A DNA stretch of 64,000 nt from Malacoraja senta. Lineage: Eukaryota. Position numbers and translations under genes: made by a program. The notes beneath the pieces were generated by a model. The model did not search any database. It was not told the DNA's origin and saw only the letters and a list, made by a program, of their open reading frames with translations. Positions within the stretch are counted from its first letter, which is position 1, and each line of letters opens with the position of its first letter. The stretch is taken from the NCBI GenBank assembly GCA_038087875.1, contig JAXLNO010002638.1, forward strand, positions 1-64,000, read 5' to 3'. Shown here piece after piece: positions 20,975 through 33,959 of the stretch.

Positions 20975-22882
20975 AGATTTCGTGTTGGTGGGTCGTGTGT
21001 TGGGTGGTTACCCAACTCGTGAGTAATATAACATGTATAAAAATCACAATACCACAGAATAGAAGGTCCACCACCATCCCATTTGATGTATGTAAAGGAA
21101 AATGGTGGTGCGGCTATAGAATGTATGTATGCACCCATCCCTGTAAAGATTGGCACGCGGTGTTTACTTCATCAAAATATGGGTGGCATCGAACCACCTA
21201 TCAAACTGATAGGTGGAAAATATATCAAAACCCGAACGAGAAATTGCCAGGACGGATATATGTGAGCATACAGAGTGTTCAAATGCAGGAAAGTGGTAGG
21301 TATTGGATATGTGCAGATAAAACAGGGAAGGACACATGTCTGAAGTTTGAGATAGAAGTGAAGCGGGATGGGGAGATGGTAAGTTACGAGGATAGGGGAG
21401 AGGTGTTCAAGATAGATGACAGTCAGAATAGGGATCCCGGGGCAACACCAGCACCACCAGTAGTCAGCAAAGTCACCAGGGAGAATTAGTCTAAGGATCT
21501 GAAGATAATGATAGTAGAAGGAGAAACAGGACTAAGGCAGTTATATGAGAAGGGAATACCAATAGGGGAAAAAGGAGCCAACACCTGGCTTGCCTGGAAG
21601 ATGTACACAGCCAGAAGTATGCAACGAACCAATTGTTACACCTGCGCCGGAGCTAGGCCTCAGCTGGTCCCAGTACCATTTCCCCTGAATTGGAATAGAA
21701 CACCTAGGGCTATGTCATGTATACTACAGCTATTCACGAATCCCCTCTTACCAAAGAATGTGATATGCCAGAGTTATCATTACCTATTTCCGACCAGCAA
21801 CAACAATAAGAAGGGCCGAAGGGAAGACCCTCGACCTCCTCCATTTACCAGTCCTCTTGGGGAGGAGGGGTTTGAGTGATATACAAGAAATAACCCAGAG
21901 GGACAGGATATGGGGAAGGTGCTCAACTGCAATCAGACGTACAACATAACGGCTGAGGAACAGGGACCACTGTTCAAGAGCTCCTGGCTGAGAAAGCAGA
22001 TAGTCAGTAGAGCTGATGTCTGGTGGTGGTGCGGGGAGAATACCCTGTGGCCCCGGTTACCGGGGTCATGGACGGGAACCTGTACCCTCACACAACTGAT
22101 GATGCCCTTCACCATAGCAGTAGAACATGCTGTAGAACTCAATGAAGGAAGCCAACGACAAAAGAGAGGGGTGAAAGGATCATTCGACACACATATATAT
22201 ATATATAGATGCGATAGGGGTGACAAGAGGGGTACCCGATGAATTCAAAGCCAGAAACCAGATAGCTGCGGGCTTTGAGTCCATGCTCTTCTGGTGGTCC
22301 ACAATTAATAAAAATGTGGACTGGATCAACTACCTATACTACAATCAACAACGCTTTATAAATTACACTCGAGATGCAGTTGAAGGATTAGCGGAACAAC
22401 TGACAGGTACCAGCCAAATGGCCTGGTAAAATCGCATGGCCTTGGACATGCTACTGGCTGAGAAGGGAGGGGTATGTGTAATGTTTGGCGAACAATGTTG
22501 CACATTCATCCCCAACAACACTGCTCCGGATGGGTCAGTGTCAAGAGCCCTAGCAGGTCTCACCTCTCTGACTATCGAATTGGCTGAGAACTCTGGAGTA
22601 GACAACTCCTGGACTGGGTTTCTAGAATCCTGGTTTGGGAAATGGAAGCACATCTTTACCTCAGCTCTAACATCAGTGGTAGTCATGGTGGGGTTACTGT
22701 GTTTGTTCGGATGTTGTATCATTCCCTGCGTACGGGGATTGGCTCAGCGATTGATAGAAACAGCCCTGACAAAGAACAGCGCTGCCACCATGATGGCCTT
22801 CAGAACACAGTATAACCAACGAGAGGGGGATAGGGAGGCGAAGAATCTGCTGCTAGCATTAGAAAAGGAAGATATAGTATAA
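20971..22882 (+). pseudogene. env: ERV env, gamma-type (three stops, one frameshift)
   Basis: Signal peptide, CYTC (CXXC), furin site RQKR, ISD-like NRMALDMLLAEKGG, CX6CC (CVMFGEQCC), TM segment. Confidence 0.92.
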
Positions 22883-22899
22883 ATCAAAGGTTGCGTAGC

Positions 22900-22917
22900 A
22901 AAAAAGAAAAGGGTGGA
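22900..22917 (+). promoter_or_regulatory. Polypurine tract
   Basis: aaaaaagaaaagggtgga directly before the 3' LTR. Confidence 0.85.
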
Positions 22918-22918
22918 T

Positions 22919-23466
22919 TGTGAGGAAAGAGTTAACAGACATGGTTGATTTAGACTAGGGATAGAAAAATGGCTTGGGGTGTCAGCAGAAGCCAGACTGC
23001 TGGTAAAATAGAAAATAACGATATATAGAACAGAGAGAAATTCTAGATAAAAAGTAGCAAATTCAGCAGAAGATTTGAGAAGTAAGTAGAAAGGGAGAAA
23101 GTACATAAGGTCAAACATATCTGCGCATGCCTAATGAACTCACATGAATATGTACACACACCCATTATGACAAGATGCCTAATTTAAATGCAGATGCGAT
23201 GCATGATATGGGAGGTGTCTTTGACGTCGGGTGGACGTTCTCGTGGGAATGTGGGCTTTATGTTATGATTGGAAGAAGCTCAATGGGGATGGATGAGGGT
23301 GTGACAATGATACCCATGAAATGTATAAAGATAGAAGACATCCCGATCCTCGGTGTGCCTCTAGGGGAGATCAGAGGAGAGGCACCTATTCTGCAGAATA
23401 TGATTTAAATAAAAAGCTTCTTTGCCGACTTTGTCTCTAAAAGCGTTTGTGATTTTGCATCTCACA
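22919..23466 (+). mobile_element. ERV 3' LTR (LTR-C)
   Basis: TGTGAG...CTCACA, TATAAA and AATAAA; its 3' ~340 bp is near-identical to LTR-B. Confidence 0.93.
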
Positions 23467-24414
23467 ATTATGTATGGCTTAATTGTATTCATGCATAGTA
23501 TGATTTGGCTGAATACCACGCAAAGGGGTTTTCACTGTATCTAGTTACCCGTGTCAATAATAAACCAACACGTTGTATCTATCGATTGCAGCACCCAGTG
23601 TTTATTTTAAGCAGGTAGCAAGGTTGTATTAAAATTTCCTTTTTGCCTTTGACTACGTGGTGAATGTAAAGATGGGTCATAATGCACTGTATCTTTACCA
23701 CTGTTTATTCATAATAAACATACTTTGCTGCCCTAGCTATCCGTGGTCTGTCACTGGAACCAGAGAGAGAGAGAACTGGGTGGGAAGGTTGTAATTATAC
23801 CAGTGATGTGGGGAGTGGTTAGTAGTGGTGAGGTCACTATGTTAAAGGTACATGCACATTTCATCTACAGTGAAGAGCCATCTTTTTTTTCCACCGCTGA
23901 AGACCTCCTGGCGCCAGTACAATATTCTGTCGGCGTGGGGCGTTTCGGCATTTGCAATACTGAGGATCAGGACATATTTCCAAATCAGAATGGCGGTCAA
24001 TTTGGATCTTGATCTGCAGGTGCTATTTTTACACGATAGATTTCAAAGGGAGAACAGCACTAATTGCCCGCTTGGAAAGCGAAAGGGTGTTGATTCCACC
24101 GTCCAGAGGAAAATGATTATAATCTTCCATTCAGTGGCCAAAAGTACCAGTCCAAATTAGTCATTTTCCCTGCAGCTTCCAAGTTCACGCGAGTCCTACT
24201 GTCTGGTCAAAAAGACGGTGATTCAATTATTATTTGAACAGAGATTGATGGCGGAGGAGTTAGCTTGGTAATGTTATTGAATGTCAAGGCAGTTTACATC
24301 TTGCCTAATACTACACCTGCAAACAACTTTGCTGACATTCACACATTTCCTAAACATGGAACTCATATCTATACCAACATCTTTGATTTAAATCAGAAAA
24401 TACAAACAAAATTC

Positions 24415-24585
24415 GCAGCAGTCGAACGGATGCCTCGCAACGTCAGAGACCCGGGTTTGATCCCGACTACGGACGCTGTCTGTGTGAACGTCGTACGTGG
24501 GTTTTCTCCGGGCGCTGGTCTCCACCCACATTCCAAACTCGTGCAGGTTTATCGGTTAATTGCCCCCTGTAAATTGCCCCTAGTA
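24415..24585 (+). mobile_element. tRNA-derived V-SINE (HE1-like), degenerate
   Basis: gacccgggtttgatcc B-box-like motif and ggttttctccgg..cccacattccaa V-domain-like core. Confidence 0.65.
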
Positions 24586-24689
24586 AGACTGCGTCGAAAC
24601 GGGATTTTCGGCACAGCATGCCCCATCTACATTAGTCCCAACTCCCCACGCTTGGCTCATAACCCTATAAACCTATCCTATGCATGTAC

Positions 24690-25275
24690 CTGTCCAATTG
24701 TATATTTATTGTTATGATAGTACCTGTCTCAACCTCCTCCTCTGGCAGCTCGTTCCATATACCCACCACTCTTTGTGTAAAAATGTTATCCCCAGGTTCC
24801 TATTAAATCTCCACACTCACCCACCTCTCACCGTAAATCTATATCCTCTGGTTCTCGAGTCCCCTATTGTGGGCAAAAAACTCATGCGCATTTACCTGAT
24901 TGATTGCTCACATAATTTTGTAAACCTCTTTCAGATCACCCCATCCTTTTGCACTCTAAGGAATGAAATCCAGAACCAGGGGCCACATTTCCATAACCAG
25001 GGACCACAGTTTAAGAATAAGGAGTAAGCCATTTAGAACAGAGACGAGGAAACACTTTTTCTCGCAGAGAGTGGTGAGTCTGTGGAATTCTCTGCCTCAG
25101 AGGGCAGTGGATGCTTTCAAGAGAGAGCTAGATAGGGCTCTTAAAAATAGCGGAGTCAGGGGATATGGGGAGAAGGCATGAACGGGGTACTGATTGGGGA
25201 TGATCAGCCATGATCACATTGAATGGCGGTGCTGGCTCGAAGGATCGAATGGCCTACTCCTGCACCTATTTTCTA
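24690..25275. mobile_element. Two CR1 3'-end fragments in opposite orientations
   Basis: Minus-strand fragment 24690-24960; plus-strand RTETRKHFFSQRVVSLWNSLP with tail at 25000-25275. Confidence 0.75.
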
Positions 25276-28200
25276 TTGAAATCAGAGCCTTCTCAACCTC
25301 ACCCTCCCTGAACATAGACTCAGTGACTTGCAGAACAGTTCAGCATAGGAACAGGCCCTTGGGGCCACACCTTCTGTTCCGAACGTGATTCCAAGTTGAA
25401 CTAATCTCCTCCAGCAACACATGTTCCATATCCATCCTTTCCCTGCATATCTATGCCTTTCTAAAGACTTCAAATGCCACTATCAAGTCTCCTTGTAAAT
25501 CTACTCTGGACTCTTTCCAACTGGTGTGTTAAAAACAAAGTGCATGAAGAATTCAGTGTGTCAGGCAGCATCTGTGGTGGGAATCGACTGAAAACGTTTT
25601 GAAGTCACCAGTCTGAACAAGAGTTCCAGCCTGAATTGTCGGTGGTTCATTCCATCCCACAGATGTTGCCTGACCCACTGTGTTCCTCCAACAGTTTTGC
25701 TCAACGATCCAATATCTGCAGTTTCTAGTATCCCCAGATATCTGTTAACTGTTACCATTTAATTGCCCTATTTTATTACATTTTGTATTACATTTCTGTT
25801 AAATTATGTTGCAGTCTTGGAAATGTTTTCACCTCAGTTGCGAACCTGCATTCCTAGTGTACATTGCTACTTTAATCATGCTAAATTATGATCACTGCCA
25901 TCAAAACACCTCATCACTACCACTACAATACTACTCCCATCTTGCAGCCAAGCAATACCCACCATTTTCTATACAGTCGCCTTAATACTATTTCTTAAAT
26001 GAATTTGAGAACCTCTGCACTCTGCTTCAGTGACAGATAATGTTAAGTGTAAATTCACAACTATTTATTGTTCTGGGGTGGGTTATTTTGCACCATATAA
26101 ACAGGCCAAAATATTTCTCCTTCCGTATCCCTAAGTTTATTTGATATACGATGATGAATACAAATCAATGGATCATTTAAATGTTTACTGTGCTGATGGG
26201 GACCATTCATCCTATCAGGCCAATGCCACCTCTCTACTGGAGAAAATCACTTGTTCAACCCCAGCCCTTCGACTGTAGTTTTGCGTGTTTTTGCTCACAA
26301 TTAGTTTATCCAATTCCCTCTTTGTGATGAAACATAAATAGGATTTGGATCAATGAATGGAGAAAGAAAATTTCAAGGGTACAAATGACTATCTTTATTA
26401 CGTCAAATTAAAAGACAAAGCATTAAAAAAGCAACGAATCTCATGGCTTTCAGCTCAATGTGTTAAATGATAGAAGCCGTGGCAAATACCATCAAGTCTC
26501 ACAGTCTTCTGCCCATTGGAGACTCCTATTTATGATGGCTGGTGTGGAGATCTTGCGGGCCCAGCCACTGTCCTTCAAAGGTTCTGCATTAAATCAAGCA
26601 CCGAGCTATTCTTGCATGTCTCGGAGAAAGAAAGGTTTAACTTATCCTTTAGCTACACTAAATAACCTTGTAGGCTGCTCCATAATTTCCCAGATATTCT
26701 AAGTGAGCCCTCAATCATCTAATTGTTTCCCAAAGCCAGCCTACTTGCTTACCATAAAGTGCAGTTAGTAGAAAATGTCATCATAGGTGAAAACCCTGTT
26801 TACCTTTTCCAATGCACTAAGGGCATAATGGAGCCAATTACACAACATCTACGTGCCATACACTTGAAATTCCAAACGCACGTTGCAAATAATTCCTTGT
26901 CCGCTCTCAAACCTTCCAGCAAAGTGATCAGCCTCCCTATCCATTCTTCCCATCAAAGATTGATAATTTTCCAGAGCTCCAAGAACTTAATATGTGATTC
27001 ACCACCCTCTGACTCTAGAGATTCCTCCTTATCCCTTTCTAAAGATACATCATGTTATTCTGAGAAATGTGCTTGCCAAGACCATGGCATCTGCAGTTTT
27101 AGTCTCCTGATCTTAGGAAGAATGTTCTTGTTATGGAGGGAGTGCTGTGAAGGTTCATCAGATTTCAGGGATGGGAGGACTAATGTATGAAGGGCGATTT
27201 GGGCGATTAGTTTTACATTGTGATTAGGACCATTCAAAATCAACTACAACATTCTTATGGGTCTGTACAGATTGAAGAGAGTCAAGAGGGTTTTATTGTC
27301 ATATGTCCCAGATAGTACAATGAAATTCTTACTCACTGCAGCACAATGGAATATGTAAACATAGTACATGGTAAACAATATGAAAAACGAGAAAGAGNNN
27401 NNNNNNNNNNNNNNNNNNNNNNNNNNNNNNNNNNNNNNNNNNNNNNNNNNNNNNNNNNNNNNNNNNNNNNNNNNNNNNNNNNNNNNNNNNNNNNNNNNNN
27501 NNNNNNNNNNNNNNNNNNNNNNNNNNNNNNNNAAGAGGGAAATCCGGTCAGTTCAGGACCCAGTGGTCACAATCTGATGATCAGGCTTCAAGTTGAGATG
27601 AAGAGCGATTACTTCTCCCACAGAATGATGAAGGTGTGGAATGTTACACCACTGGAAGCAGTTGAACACAGATCATTGAATTTATACAAGGAGTTATATG
27701 TTATTTGTATGGTCAAAGGATCAGAGAAATAATAGGATCAAGGTATAAATTTTAGGTCACAATTGATCACATGGAATAATAGTTGAGGCTCAAATGCCTG
27801 AATTCCTATTACTTTTATATTCTGCATTTCAACATTTTTGTATTTATCATGGCCACATTTCCTCTGCATTGAAGAACATGAGAACTGGGATGCTTAAAAG
27901 GAACCGAGACCCTGGTGCCAATGCCTTTTTGCAGATAAGACAGATGCATACATTGGTTTGGTGTTCACAAAGCGAGGACAAATCAGAAATAATTTTCTGA
28001 ACACGCCATCCATTGCTATTTCAATGTGCCTACCCAAGATACAAAAAAAAATACTATATTAATCTATATTAAAAAATGTTTGGATAAAATAAACAAAACA
28101 TGGTCATCTAATGTCCCTGGGTAAGTCGTCCACCCCCTGCCCTCCACCCCTTTGAGAAGTGGCTGAAGGGAGATATTAAAATACATAAAGCTTTTAAATG

Positions 28201-30090
28201 AATCACTATGGTGAAAACATTTCCACCATAAAATCCAGCAGGGAATTCGACAGAGAATGCTCCCTCTCCTCCCCTCCCACCCAATACAGGTGAGAATGAG
28301 GATCCAGATCAATGAATTGCATTTAGGGGACGGCTGGGCAAACACAAAAGAGAAAAGAATAGTCGGTTCAACATTGGAGAATCCAGCATATACTTGCCAA
28401 CCATGTTGCAGATCGCATAAGGTGGGAAGAGGGTCATGTGGACCATATGCACCAGTATTGGCAGGATAGACAGAGTGGCCTGTTCCTACACACTTGTCTC
28501 CACTACAACCTTGTATTACTTTGACTGCCAATTCATTTTTGATCATTTTGTTCCCATTCATTCTTTAAAAAATACAAAATCAACTTTGACGTAAGATAAC
28601 TGATTGATGCTGTTGCAAATAAATGGAGGCCTTACATTTTCTTAACAACAATTTAATTTTGCGCCTTGCATATTATATCTTTCATATTATATCTTGCATA
28701 TTCCATATATCTTGCCTTTACTTCGCAACATGAAGCCACTATAAAACAGGGTGCAATCCAATGTGTTTACTTGGATTTCATGCCAATCTATTTCCAAAAA
28801 TCGTATACGCAATGGTCTATTCATCAAGCACATTCTACAGGCAACTATTATTAGGTGAAATCTCAAGAGCAGAACTTGTACCAAATGAGCCACATAAAAT
28901 GAACTTGATCACTGTGCCACCAGTCACTGTGGACAATTTTATATTCATATGGATGATAAATTCTTTGCATTAGATTAGAAATGTACAAAGTACAAACAAT
29001 TAAGACTTTTGACATCATCAAATAACCAAGCGTTATGTAACAACATTTATTGGTGCTGTGTCTCAGACTAAATGCAGTGTTAAAACAAAATATATTCTAT
29101 CCAATAATGACTGTAGCTAATGGAATCTGCAACTAAAAACAGAAGACTGAAAGCATTCAATGGCTCAAGCAAATTATTGGGACAAATGGTTGATGTCACA
29201 AATAGGGTCAAGAACCTGCACCAGGCCTGTGAGGGAAGAGGATGAATTGCCAATATATAGCAATCACGGAGGGATAGGACAGAGGCTGGTAGATCAAACG
29301 TAGAACCAGGTGGGGAGAGGATAATGGGTAGATGGAAACAGGTAGGAGAGGAGGAGGAAGAGGTGAACAACAGGAGAATAAACTGTTCAAATGAGACAGA
29401 GGTTCACTTGCACCTCTTTCAACTTTCTCTACTGCATTCATTACTCACACTGTGGAGAAACTAGCTTAGATGTCAACCATTTTGTAGAGCACATCCCTTT
29501 GAAGTAAAGATCATCCTGAGATCTGTTGTATGGTATTTTAATACCCCTTCCCACTCTCACACTCACCCATCTGTCGTTAACATTGGGCACAGAAAGTTTT
29601 AAGTAAAATATCTGATAATCCACCTGGGTAACTTACAAGCCGATGGTATGAATATAAAGTTTTCACATTTCAGCTTATCCATATCACTGGTGTTCATTTG
29701 TTCTCCCACAACCACCCATACACCAACTTTGCTCCCTCTGCCCATCATCCCCTCCCCAGCTGATTCCACCTGCCACTTACAGGCCTCTGCCCCATTCCTC
29801 CTTCAAACTGTTAGAATCTTCCCATCCTCTCCTTCAATTCTAATGCAGTGCCTTGCCTTGAAATGTTGGTATATGTCATTTGCCTCCACAGATGCTGTTT
29901 GACCAAGTACTTCCACTGGCCTTTCTTTAGTCTAAAATTCTTGTTGGAAATAACCACAAAGTCTTACTCTATCTATAATTGAAACCATTTAATTGGTGCT
30001 TAGAGAGCTTTCTAAAATCATGAGGGCGATTGATCAGGATTTATTTTACCCAGGGTAGGGTAATCAAGAACCAGCAAAAACAGGTTTAAG

Positions 30091-30697
30091 CAGTGTTCAA
30101 TGCTAATTTTTTAGGTGTCGGAGCTGTCACACAGGGGCATTTCAGATTTTGCTGGAGGGGAGGGGGGAGCTAGTCTCCCTAGAGGGTCAAACAAGATTAT
30201 AGCCTATTACTACATCCCAGTGTATAGCTAGTACATTAAAACATATAATACTTAATTTAATTATGACAAAATATTGCACGGTTGCACTCACTGATTATCA
30301 TGAAATATAATTATGAAGCAAGTAAAGAAAAATACGGTTATCATGTATTTTTACAGACTCACCCTGACTATCCTGCAGCTCTGGGCCTTCACCCACACAC
30401 ACACTCTCACCCTCACACCCATTCACCTACACACACACCCACCCACTCACCCACCCACCAGAGTTCCAGGCCCACAACCACAAACGATGCACACATCACA
30501 TGGTCTGTCTCTGCTGCATCATAGTGTTCCCCCCTCCTACAGGGAACCTCAGTAGTGATGGGTCTTCCCCTTACCCCTCTTTTAATCAGGTTACTCCGAC
30601 CACACTTCCGCTAGTTAAAATTCCACCCTGTTTATTTTTTCTTTAACAGAGGTGCCGGATCAGTGCTCAGTTGAGCTCCGGCAGCACTGCACCCCTG
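30091..30697. mobile_element. Non-autonomous hAT-type element inserted in a CR1 3' end
   Basis: Perfect 8-bp TSD GGTTTAAG (30083-30090, 30698-30705); imperfect CAG-starting TIRs. Confidence 0.8.
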
Positions 30698-31164
30698 GGT
30701 TTAAGGTGAGGAGGAAGATTTAGTAGGAACCTGAGAGGCAACCTTTTCTACTAAGAGGTTACTGGGTGTATGGAATGAGCTGCCAGCGAAGGCAGAATAA
30801 CAACATTGAAAAGACACACTTGGACAGGTACATGGATAGAACATGTTGAGAGGAAAGTGGGCCAAACGCTGGCAAATGTGACTAACCTAAATGTAGCATC
30901 TTGTTCAGCTTGGAGTATTAGGGCTGAAGTACCTACTTCCATGCTATATGGCTCCATGACTCTTTGTTAGATGAACATAAACATGGCAAATGGAGTTTAA
31001 TAATGGAAAATATGTGCTCACACACTCTGGTAAGAGCAATTAAAAGAAGCTATTATCTAAATGGAGTGAGATTGCAAATGAGTGGAGTACAAGAGATTCA
31101 AGTGCTTAAAGTGCAAAACAAAAAGCCAGCAGGTAGATGCAGCACACAATGCAGAAGGTGAGTA

Positions 31165-31915
31165 GCATATTGGATTGTACAAAAATTCAAAAATTTTGGA
31201 TTGAAATTTTTGAAATCTTTACAAAATTATTTGAAATAAAACTGATACCAAAAGTAGAATGGATTATCTTCGGAACAACGGAAGATAGTCCTGAACTAAA
31301 TGTGTTTCAAAAGAAATTAATAGACTATGGGTTAATAACTAGAAAAAGTTAATCCTAAAATTCTGGAAAAATGCTCCAATACCAACTATAAACATGTGGA
31401 TTTCAAATATGTTCGAAACATTACACCTTGAAGAGATAAGACTCCTCCTGGCAGGTAAACCAGATCACTTCCACCTGACGTGGTCTGCATTCATAGAATT
31501 ATTACAAGTATAGGGTGCAAAAGTACTTTAAAAAAACAAAAAAAACTGAGGTCAGGTAAAGGGGGATGAAAGCTGGAGAGTTGGTATATCCCATTTGCGT
31601 GATGCTTATAACAAAGTATTTGTTTTTCTCTTTTTCCTCTTTTTCTTTTTTCTTCTTCTTTAGGGTCATTCTCTTAATCCTTTCTTTTTAATTTCTTTCT
31701 TACAGGGTCTCTGTTCTTTCTTGTTGTCACGTTTTCACACCTTCATTATTTTCCTTCACTTTCTCTTTTTTCTTAATCTCAACCTTTCCTTTTTATTAGT
31801 GTAAAAAATGATGGAGTACATTAATTGTAATAAGATATACGTGATGAGTACTAATGTAATTGGTTGTAATGTAATGTACTTCTAATTAAAAAAAAAATTT
31901 AAATAAAAAAAAAAG
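31165..31915 (+). mobile_element. L1-clade 3' fragment with T-rich UTR and A tail
   Basis: KFWIEIFEIFTKLFEIKLIPKVEWIIFG, homologous to the C-terminus of the 44970 ORF. Confidence 0.8.
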
Positions 31916-32604
31916 CATATTGACGTTCAAAGTGGGTTACTATTGTAATTATGGTACATGATGTTGCTAAGGACATATCAGGAGCACTGTGCACAGCTTG
32001 GTCCTCAAATTTAAGAAAGGATCTATTAATATTGGATATCAGCTAGAAGAGATTTCTGGAATAAGCAAGTGTTGCCTAACCATGAATGGCTGAAATCACT
32101 GGTTCTGTGTCCCTTGGAGATGATAAGAAACAGAGTTAACCTTATGAATGTATTAAAGAGGCATGATGTGGTGGTGAATTGATGGCTAATGCGTGGATAT
32201 ATTCTAAAAGAACAGGGAATTGTGTCTTATGTGGAATAAGCACAGTAAAGGAGTTGAGGCATCAGTCATATCAGTTGTTATCAACATAAATTGCTAGATA
32301 GCTCTAATTTGTACAAATACAGGGCAGTCTATTGAGAATTTCTGTCATGTTTGATAAACTTAATTTAACTCTTTCCATTTATTTCAGTTCCTGCATTTTA
32401 ATCACATCCATGAAATCTTCTACTCAGCGATTGGTTAGCAGTGCACGTTCTGTTTTGGTTGAATATTTTGATAATCTGAGGAGGGAAATTAAATATTCGA
32501 CAACAAAGAAATGGCACAGCAGAGAACAGAACTCAGAAAGATGCAACTAGTTTATTCGCTTTAACTGTTGATTCATCCCACATAACCTCTTCCTTCCAGA
32601 TATA

Positions 32605-32820
32605 AAGGCACAGCGCCAGACACCTGGGTTTGATCCTGACCACGGGTGATGTCTGTACGGAATTTGTACCTTCTCCCTGTGACTGCATGGGTTTTCTCCA
32701 GGTGCTCCAGTTTCCTCCCACATTCCAAAGACAGATGTGCAGGTTTGTAGGTTAATTGACTTGTGTCCCTAGCTTATGTGGGTGATCGTTGGTTAGTGCG
32801 GACTCATGTTCAGCACAAAC
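32605..32820 (+). mobile_element. V-SINE (HE1-like)
   Basis: Same core as the other SINE copies. Confidence 0.7.
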
Positions 32821-33379
32821 GTTGTTGGACAAAGGAGCATTCCCATTCACCGTAAAATTCAGCGAACTCAGCACCATTGGGTCACTGGAAATATTCCCTG
32901 CCTGACCATCAGATCCCTCCAGATCAGTCGGACAGACACCAGTTAGGCAGCATCTGCCTGCAAATGATTCATGTCCCTCAAACCCCTGCATCTCCATGCA
33001 CCCACGAAGGTGCACCCCAGACGCCACCATCCCTGGCAGTGCTTTCCAGGCACACACCACATAGTATGTAATAAAAACTTGCCCTTTTAAAAAAACTGCA
33101 GCTTCTACCCTGCACTGAATATAATGTAATAATTTAAATGCCATAGTAGGCAATTAGTTAATTGGGATAATTTTAGTCAATTGGGAGGTGTGATTGCAAA
33201 TCTTGTACAATATCATAAACCAAGTAAAATGTGACAAAGTCAAAATGGCCAGGCACAAAGAACAGAATAATCATGAACATCAATAACATGTCAATAACTA
33301 GACTCTCCTAGCAGCAGCATGCTGCAAGGTTGCAAACTCGTTTGCTCCCTTAACTTTTAACTTCCACTGACCACTCTTT

Positions 33380-33957
33380 CATTCAATCAATCATTCAATC
33401 AATCAATCAATCAATCAACCTTTATTGTCATCTTACAGTTGTACAGTGCAAAATGAAAAGACGTTTCCCAGGGAATACCGGAGCATCGCACATGAAATTT
33501 AAAACATTTCACACATAACACTAAAAACAATCCAGTCCCTGATGGAACAGTATAAATAGTTAAAAAGTAGGTAAAACAACAACGTTAAAATACAGTAAAA
33601 CCAATCATAAACATGTCCGGGGCAGCTGATTTGAGTGGCCAGTGCCAGTTATTGAAGTGGCCAGTGCCAGTTATTAAAGTGTCCGTGCCAAGCCGCAGAA
33701 TCAGGTGACTGTGAGTACAGAGTGGCTGTTTAGCAGCCTCACAGCATATGGCAGGAAGCTGTTTAGCAGTCTTGTAGTTCGGGCTTTGATCCTGCGATAT
33801 CTCTTGCTTGATGGCAGGAGATCCAGGTGTATGTGGAGGGGGTGCAGTTTGTCCTTAGCAATTCTCTGAGCTTTTTTCAGACAGCGGCTCTGGAACAGTT
33901 CTTGTACCGAGGGTAGGGAGATGCCAATGATCCTCTCTGCTCCCCTCACTACCATTT
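33380..33957 (-). mobile_element. Rex1/Babar-like LINE 3' end
   Basis: AERIIGISLPSVQELFQSRCLKKAQRIAKD..HPLH..LLPSSKRYR..RTTRLLNSFLP; AATAAA followed by a (TTGA)n tail. Confidence 0.85.
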
Positions 33958-33959
33958 CA

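Larger units (their letters stand above)
15507..23466 (+). mobile_element. Endogenous retrovirus, class I (gamma/epsilon-related), defective
   Basis: Order is LTR, PBS, gag, pro/pol, env, PPT, LTR. Confidence 0.95.

Noticed and set aside
28064-28561. 165-aa minus-strand ORF in unique sequence (similarly 23852-24160 and 26723-27190)
   Set aside because: No recognisable domain, splice context or compositional support.
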